Of a stretch of 64,000 nt of DNA, positions 56,001 through 64,000 are shown one piece after another; position 1 is the first letter of the stretch, and each line of letters starts with the position of its first letter. Under the pieces are notes generated by a model. That model was not told where the DNA came from. It was given only the letters and a program-made list of their open reading frames with translations, and did not search any database. This DNA is from the human T2T-CHM13v2.0 reference genome, Homo sapiens: assembly GCF_009914755.1 (NCBI RefSeq), contig NC_060925.1; one strand, 5' to 3'. Position numbers and translations under genes: made by a program.

Positions 56001-59000
56001 ACTGGTTCCTGCAGGGAAGCAACCTTTAGTTACAAAACTGAAGAACAACTAGCTATTACTTTATCCATTACTCATCAACAAATAATATTATGCTATAGAA
56101 TTTTAATTAGAATGTTCCTAATGCTGTATTCTGGGGTGCTATGTTCTTACTACTATATTCTGAGGAGCTATGTGACATTGAGTAAGTAACTTTGTTTTAT
56201 TTTTGACCTTTAGTGTCTTCATATGTTAAGTGAAGATAGGAAGACCTGCCATATTTCTTCACAGTTCGGTTAAAAAAGTTGTGAAATCCTATCTAGTCAC
56301 AGCATCCAGTACTAGCGGGATACATGGAAATTTTGAGGAGCTGTCTTTAGTTCAGGGGTTTAGTAGCATTTGAATAGCAGATTGCCTTGTACAAAGTGGT
56401 TATATGCATTGTCTTATGTTAGTTCTGACATTACCTATTTGTTGTATGTATGATTCTTTTACCCCCTTTACATAATATTAATTACTTTTATTGTTTTCTA
56501 AATGCCAAGGATTAGTTGAAACAATCTACATTTCAACCCATTTAATTTCCACATCAACCTTGTGAGGTATAGGTACTATTTTGATTCCATTTTATAGATA
56601 AGGACATCAAGGCACAGAGAGGTTAAGTGTCTTGCCCAAGATTATACAGTGAGTAAAGAGCAGAGCTGGGAATCCAATGCAGGTGGTACGGCTCCAGAGT
56701 TCTCACTTGTAAGATGCTAAATTATATAATTAGGGTGAACCAGATGGTAAGGGAGAGACTCAGATCCTAGCTCAAATCTCAAGCTTTTTCTCTACTCATG
56801 CTACTTTTTCTTGACCCAATATCCGGGGCATTTATAAATAGTTTTAAAAATCGTTATGGAAACTATATGTACAGATGGCACATAAACACACACTTATCTC
56901 CATATATTTAGACAATGTCCCTCAAATATGTTTGTACTAAGAACCCAGAAGACACTCCCAATTCTGATTAGAACAGGGAAAAAAGTGATAAAATACCTCA
57001 AACTGGAAACTTCACCATCTTGACAGTCACCATTTATGCTGAAGTGTGCACTGTTTTCAGCAAGAAGTATGATCCCGGCTTTCAAAGGTCAAATAAATCA
57101 CCTTTAAAGTCGTGAAAAGGTAAACAGACTGATGCCTGGGCAGCTTTCCTGAGTTTATGAGGTCTTCTGGCAACAGGGATATACAAAAGCCCCATCAATC
57201 ACCCCCTCCCCGCCCCACCCCTGACTCCCAAAGCGTTTATTTCTAGAGGGGATCAATCCACCATCCAGGGTAATTTCCCGTAAAACTATTATTAGGAAAT
57301 ATTAAATCAAATGAAAATGGAAACCCCCAGAGTAAACATACCTTTACAGAAAAGCACTTTCCCTCTAGCCAAATTTTAAAACTGTAGCTGTGTTTCAAAG
57401 GAGGCTGAGAGGATGGTAGGAGCATTGGGATGGGGAAGGGGAGGGAAATGAGGAGAGAATGGTAAGGAAGAGGAGTGGGGAGGTATCTAGGGCAGGCAAG
57501 TGTGACATGACATAAACAAAATAGTTGTCACTGATGACAAATAATTTCACAGTGCTTTGCAAGGCATGTTTGCCTGCCAGTCATTTTTCACATGCCTAGT
57601 ATCATCTTTTAAGGTCTCTAAAAGGGGCCTACAAGCCTTCTTTCAGCACATTCTAAAGTTATACACATATATAAAAAACTCACTGTAAATCTATAAGTCA
57701 TCCTGGAAATGACTATTCCGTACAAAAAAAAAATGTCTTTTAAAGACCTTTTTTCATCAGAGCACTTAAATTCTGTGCTATTATTTCACCATCATGTAAT
57801 GAGAGCCTGCTTGGTGTAAACAAAAACCCTTTAAAGAAGTGATTACAGTTGTGCTTTGCAAGCTGCCGAATGGATCCTAGACTGTCCAGCCATATTAAAG
57901 TCCACACCAAGACCCCTCAGTGATTTAGTCTCTCCTGTTTTTCTTCTGGGTGCAGTAACAGCCCAACACAAGCCTTTCCTTTTAAAGAAGCTTCCCCAAC
58001 CTTAGATGTGCTGAGGTGTTTTCTGCAACTCTAGATTTCATGGGAACGTTTGTGGAGGAGGCATACTGAATGCTTTTGAATTTTATAAGAATCTGATTTT
58101 AGAATTTTATTTGTTTACTCATTTATTTTTAAGATAAGAAGAAAAGTAAAGAAAAAAGTTGGGAAGAAAGATGAAAACTCAATTTCTTTCAACTCTTGCT
58201 CCTTTTGAAATCAAGTAATGTTCTACTGAATCAATCTCATTTAAATTTGATTTTTGATTTCTTTTTTTTTTTTTCATGTGAACTTAGCCTGGAATTTGTC
58301 CAAGTCAGGCTGGAGAGACCACCAAGTGTTCTCATCAGCCAGAGACCTAATTGTGGTCATTTATTATAGTCACTTATCTGATAGTAGTTTCATTATCTGT
58401 GATAGTTTTACAGGGACAAAATCCACCAGGCATCCAATGGAGTATATAAACATGTTACCTTGTGGCAGGGTGTCTGTTACTTACTGTCAACACTAACTGG
58501 CCCTAGCCACCTATCTGCAGCTTATATGAAGTAACGATGAGTTTAATAAGCTCCAGTGAAAGCTGCAATGTAAACATCACATCAGGAGCATTTGCCTTGT
58601 CAGGCCCCTTAAACAAATAAAGGTGATGGAGAAGTACAAACAGAACAAGATTGGAGCCTAATGAGATTCCATTGCTGCTTCAGTGCAGACTAAGTTATCA
58701 TTACAGACAATACATTGGAAGGGATGCTGTCCAGAAAAATCTCTTCAACTGAAGTTCACCCCAAATTCTGATTTTGGGACTTGGGTGAATTTGCCATCCA
58801 TTTGGGAGCAAATATATACTTAAAATGGGTACTGATTTCTCAGGATTATTATTTTTAGAAAATACTTAGTACAGTAAATCACTTGGTTTTGAGAGCACCA
58901 TATTCCAATGGCATCTTCCGTTGGGCATTATACAGCCACCATTACATGGACCCACGTTTTTCATTAGAAAAATTTTATTTATGGTGGACAGTAGGTTTCT

Positions 59001-61513
59001 GTTTAAACCTACTGGAATAAAACCACAAACTGAGCTATTAATAGATGGCAATGCATGTGGGCTCCACAAATCAGCATATCCAAAGTTATTTTTATGTAGC
59101 TCCATTCCATAGCTGTGCCTCCATATAGATATGTGGCTGTTTGCATATCCTTACAACCTTAGCTTGGAGGAGGATAGGAGGTTCCCTTGCCCAAGCAGGC
59201 AGAGCTTTCATTGCACTCATGAGGAGAGGGGACTGTGATCTGAAAGACATAAAGGAAGACTGACTTCCCCAAATTCTCTCTCCCTGGCTTTTTGAAAGTC
59301 TTCCCTGATTCCCATTAGTGGGGATTAATTTCATTCTTCTGGTATTAAAGTATTTTTTCTCTTTGACTTTAAAATGTAAACAGCTCTGGGGAGGGGAGTA
59401 TATTAACTTCTTGTTTACAGAATGGCTAGTATTAAAACAGTCATTGGAAGATCGGGGGCTTGAATCCCAACTGAAAACCTACTGCTTGGGTTAGACTCAA
59501 GGCAGTTCCTTACCTTCTTTAAGTCTCAGTTTGTTCATCTGTAAAATGAAGACTGCTGTCTTTTATTCCATTGTATTTTTGAGAACAGGAACTAGTACCA
59601 AACAGACAATCAATGTGTGCTGTTATTATTAGCTCAGCATGTCATGATTAGTTCAATTGTCTAACTTAATCCTGACAGAATGAAACATACAATAGGGGAA
59701 ATTTGATGGGGGAGAAGATCAGAAGAGAAAACTCTTCTGCAGCAGTTTCTCAAAATGTATTCTGCAGAATAGCAGGGTTTTTTTTTTTGCCATGATTAGG
59801 TATTAATAAGAAAGAGGGCTGTGGTCCAATGCATTTAGGAAATTAAGGTTTAATAAGTTTTTCTAATACAGGACTTCTCAGAGCCTTTAATAAAGGAATG
59901 TGATGAGTAAATTCTCTAAGAAGAGGATCTAATATGTAAACTTACTTAACTATGAACTCTCTTTTTTTCCTTAATAATTTTTCGAAGATAAGTAATCCTT
60001 AGAGCTTGCAGTTGGAAATTCTGGCCTAGAGCATCAAGTTTTCGGTAGAAAGCACAGGGCCTGGTGGTCCTCTTTATCCAGAGTCTAAGGTAGCCAGGGG
60101 TAGAATGTAGGTAGAGTTGATGCATGGTGGATGTCAAAAGTGAGGAGCAGTACCTAGGAAGAGAAAAGAGGGAATTGAAGGCAAACACTGTCTTCTTTAG
60201 AGTTATAATTAGGCCAGTTTAGTGACCTGGCTTGAATTCTTGGAAACAAGTCAGCAACCTCTAGAAACCACCCACAGGGCTACGCATGGCCTTAGGAGAG
60301 AAATGCATTTGGAAATAGTGGAATAGATACGTTTCTTTATTGAAGAATTTCTCTTTGGTGTGCTTTTTGAATCTCTGAGAGGGACACACAAATCCTCTAA
60401 GGCATAGTTAAGTGAGAAGCAAAAGAGAATAAAGGGAATGAGGAAGCAGGGAGAGGAAGGGAAGGAAAATGAAGTGAGTGACCTAGGAATTGTGGAGAAC
60501 CTAGTGGACTCTTCAGAGACATCATTGCTATCATTTCCCTGATTGACTCCTCTACTGGCACATAAGCTTTGCCTTATTCCTGCTCCAGAAAACCGACTTG
60601 TAAGTATGGTTCCATGGTCAACAATCTTGAGTGTAGATGGCTCAGTGAAAAACTGCCCTAGCTAGTAGAGAAACCCTAAAGTATTCTACGTGGCATTGAT
60701 GGGCTGGAGGTGGAGAATGCCATGGTGCTGGATACAAGGCAGTTGCACAGTTCCAGGATGGGTAATTGCCATTTGGATGCACTAGTCTGGTTCTGTGCAG
60801 CTTCCAAGCACAACCTCAAGACTCATAGGGTTTGGGGTAGAGAGAAGGAAAGACCTTTTAGTGTGGCAAATGATCAACTCCCTAAGCCTTCGCTTTGTCA
60901 GTGCCTAGAATGATCTTTGACCTGTTGTAGCTGCTTAGAAAATATTGGCTGAGTTGAACAGGATATATGTGGACTTTGAGAGGCAGATGTAACCCTAGCC
61001 TTTTCCTCTCCATGGCTTTGGAGCACTATTTTTCTTTAAATGAAAAAAAATGGAGCTGTACAAAATAACTCTAAGAATAAAATCACCGATGAAGAGCAGG
61101 TTGGCCTTGTTTTAGTAATGGAAGGATTCCCAAAAAGTAGGGTACAACTCAAAGTTCATCTTTGTCCTGCTTTACTATTTTAATTCCTCTTTATGTTCAT
61201 TTCTAATAACTCTCTGATGGGCTGATATCTCAAACTCTTCTCACTCAAATATTCCTACCTCTCTTAATTTGTAAAACATGTTATCAGAGAAATTCTTTGA
61301 TAAAGTGACAATTCCTTTTAAATAATAAATCTGAATACTGATAAAGAACTCTTACAAAAGCCTGTGACCACAGAGGAGGTGAAAACTTGAGTTCAGGACT
61401 TCTAGTAAGCCACAGACCCCAGGTCACTATGTCTTGTGGTATGCAAAACATGCTAAGGATGACTCTACCCAGGGCATGGAAAGCGGCTTCAGATAGAGTT
61501 AGCTCTTTACCAG

Positions 61514-61882
61514 TGCTGTGGATTGAGTTGTTTCTCCCCGAACTCCTAGTTGAAGCTTTAAACCCTATTGTGACTATATTTGGAAAAAGAGCCTTTAAGA
61601 AAGTGATTAAGGTTGAGAGAGGTCATAAGGGCCCTAATCTGATAGGATTAATGTCCTTATAAAAAAGATACTGGAGAGCTGTGCTCTCTCTCTCTCTACC
61701 CATTTCTTTCCCTGCCATGTGAGTACACTGCAAGCCAGGAAGAGGGCCGTCACCAGGAACTGAATCAGCTGGCACCCGGATCTTGGATGCCCCAGCCTTC
61801 AGGACTGTGAGAAATATATTTCTGTTTCTTAAGGCATGTAATCTGTGGCATTTTGTTATGGCAGTCTGAGCTGACTAGGACA
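61514..61882 (+). mobile_element. MLT1A-type MaLR solo LTR
   Basis: TG...CA termini, typical MaLR body (GACTGTGAGAAA...TTTGTTATGGCAG), near-TSD ACCAG/AGCAG. Confidence 0.85.
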
Positions 61883-63218
61883 AGCAGCAAAGCCGCAGTT
61901 TGCTTTTGAAGTTTGCCATGAAATCATCAATTCTGAAGACCCTTCTTCCTATCAGTGCTGGCCTTGAATGACAACAGCTTGAATGATAATGGACCACACT
62001 GGGCTGCACTTTGCTTGGCCTTTCCCCAAATTCTTTCTCTTACTTTTCTCAGTTCAGGAGACATAGCACCGCGGACACATACCCTTTTAGCCTGTGAAGG
62101 AGAACTTTTTCCCTCCATCTGTTTCCCCTCCTTCCGTAGTCTATTTTTCCACTACTTTCAATTATATCAACCCCCCTATAGTAAGCACATAGGAGAGAAT
62201 ATGCCAGAGACATATGGATGCTTTGATGTATGGGTAACATGCCACGTTTTTAGACTGGCAATAAAAAAACATGTGTGGAGGCTCTTCCCTGACAAGTGGC
62301 AAACTACCCATCCTTCCTAGCAGGAAGCCTAGGCCGAGGTCGTGGTTTAAAACTCAGGAAGGACATCTGTGAAGGCAGAGCTCAAAAAGCAGATGGTTTT
62401 TTGAGTTGCTGGGAGACTGCGTTGATTATTTATTAGGTAAAAAAGTATATATTTATATATGTGGAAATGGTCAGTTTTAAAAAAATTTATTAACAGCAGC
62501 AAGTATACACCATGCTCTGCAATTTGAATAAATAATTGAGCTTGACATTTTCTTCAGGGTACTTGTATCTTCTTAGGTCCTTTGTTCACCTCATGCTTGG
62601 TCAGGGAATTTGGGTAATAGATGAAGATCTGAATCAAGAGAGAAATGCCAACATCTCCAAAAGTTTTTAAATTTTTTTATTATTTATTTTAATGGCAGTG
62701 GACAAAAAGAAATTCAAGATGGCACTCAATGCCATCTGTTTCCACATAAATGTCAGGTCAGGGTCCAAATGGCTTATTTTTAACAGTGCAAATTGTTGAC
62801 CTGTCTCCAGAGAACCAGAGTTTTCATCGGAATTCTCAGGAGCGGGGCTTAAGGAGGGGGAGGGAGAGAGGAAGACTGGATGTCCTTGGCAGCTGAGCTA
62901 CCACGCCAATTTAGACTTTGGAAGCCTTAGGCAATTAGCAGATCATCGTGCCATCTGCAGGCATTAATTGGCTTCCCTGGCCACCTGCTGCTGAAGGTTC
63001 GCTTTATTTGACAAGTGGCAAATGAGACTAGGTTAAAGAACAGTGATGACTATTACTAGCTTCTCATTTACTGAGTGTCTACAGCAGGCCAGCTATTGTA
63101 CACAACTTTTGTCTAAGCTTTGTAACAAGATTTAGCATTGTTATTACAGTGTTGTATAGCAATGTAGGCATTACCATCATGCCCATTTTTATTTATTTCT
63201 GAATTCTTTCAAAAATGC

Positions 63219-64000
63219 TTTATTTTAATAGTTTTGGGGGCAGAAGTGGGTTTTGGTTACAGGGATGAATTATATAGTGGTGAATTCTGAGATTTTAGTG
63301 CACCGTTCACCTTAGTGTTCGTTGTACCTAATGTATAGTTTTTTTATTCCTAGCCCCCTCCCGTCCTTCCACTTCTGTTTCTCTAAAGTCCATCATATCA
63401 CTGTATGCCTTTGTGTATTCATAGCTTAGATCCCACTTATAAGTGAGAGCAAAAGGTTTTTGGTTTTCCACTCCTGGGTTACTTCACTTAGAATAATGGC
63501 CTCCAGCTCCATCCAAGTTGCTGCAAAAGATATTTCATTCCTTTTAATGGCTGAGTAGTATTCCATGATGTATATATACCACATTTTCTTTATCCACTCA
63601 TTAGTAGATAGGCACTTAGGTTGGTTTCACACCTTTGCAACTGTGAATTGTGCTGCTATAAACATGCATGTGCATGTGTCTTTTTCATAAAATGACTTCT
63701 TATCCTTTGGGTAGATATGCAGTAGTGGGATTGCTGGATCAAATGGTAGATCTACTTTTTAGTTCTTCAAGGAATTTTCATACTGTTTTCCATAGAGTGT
63801 AGTAACTATTCACATTCCCGCCAGCAGTGCATAAGTGTTCCCTTTTCCCCATATCCATGCCAACATCTATTGTTTTTCTACTTTTTACTAACGACCATTT
63901 GTCATTAGGAGTAATGTGGTTTCTCATTGTGGTTTTAATTTGCACTTCTCTGATGATTAGTGATGTGAGCATTTTCTTCATATGTTTTTGGCCATTTGTA
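63219..64000 (-). mobile_element. L1PB-type 3' end, continues beyond the right edge
   Basis: L1PB-like 3'UTR and ORF2 C-terminal remnant (SLIIREVQIKTTMR). Confidence 0.9.

Overview
This is primate, almost certainly human, genomic DNA (Alu, L1PA, MLT and MIR repeats) containing one protein-coding gene, the homeobox gene HLX (H2.0-like homeobox), on the + strand. Its four coding exons (19648-20239, 20984-21163, 21952-22136, 23977-24486) join through canonical GT-AG introns into 1467 nt, or 488 aa, and a polyA signal lies at 24815. The gene sits in a CpG-island-rich zone of about 24 kb (~12.7-36.7 kb) with no Alu or L1, typical of developmental regulators. The flanks hold degenerate L1 elements, Alus, MaLR/ERVL LTRs and DNA-transposon fossils. 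Several repeat-free blocks dense in transcription-factor motifs look like distal enhancers. I found no convincing wholly new biological system. The best leads are: (i) an intron-1 read-through frame that gives a homeodomain-less, two-eh1 HLX product ending in the same LGCL tetrapeptide as full-length HLX, with intronic AATAAA signals behind it; (ii) a perfect CCAAT inverted repeat in the promoter; (iii) a PBX/HOX/MEIS/TCF motif cluster at ~57 kb; (iv) a ~109-bp hairpin at 13.45 kb. Repeat subfamily names and repeat boundaries were judged by eye and are approximate.
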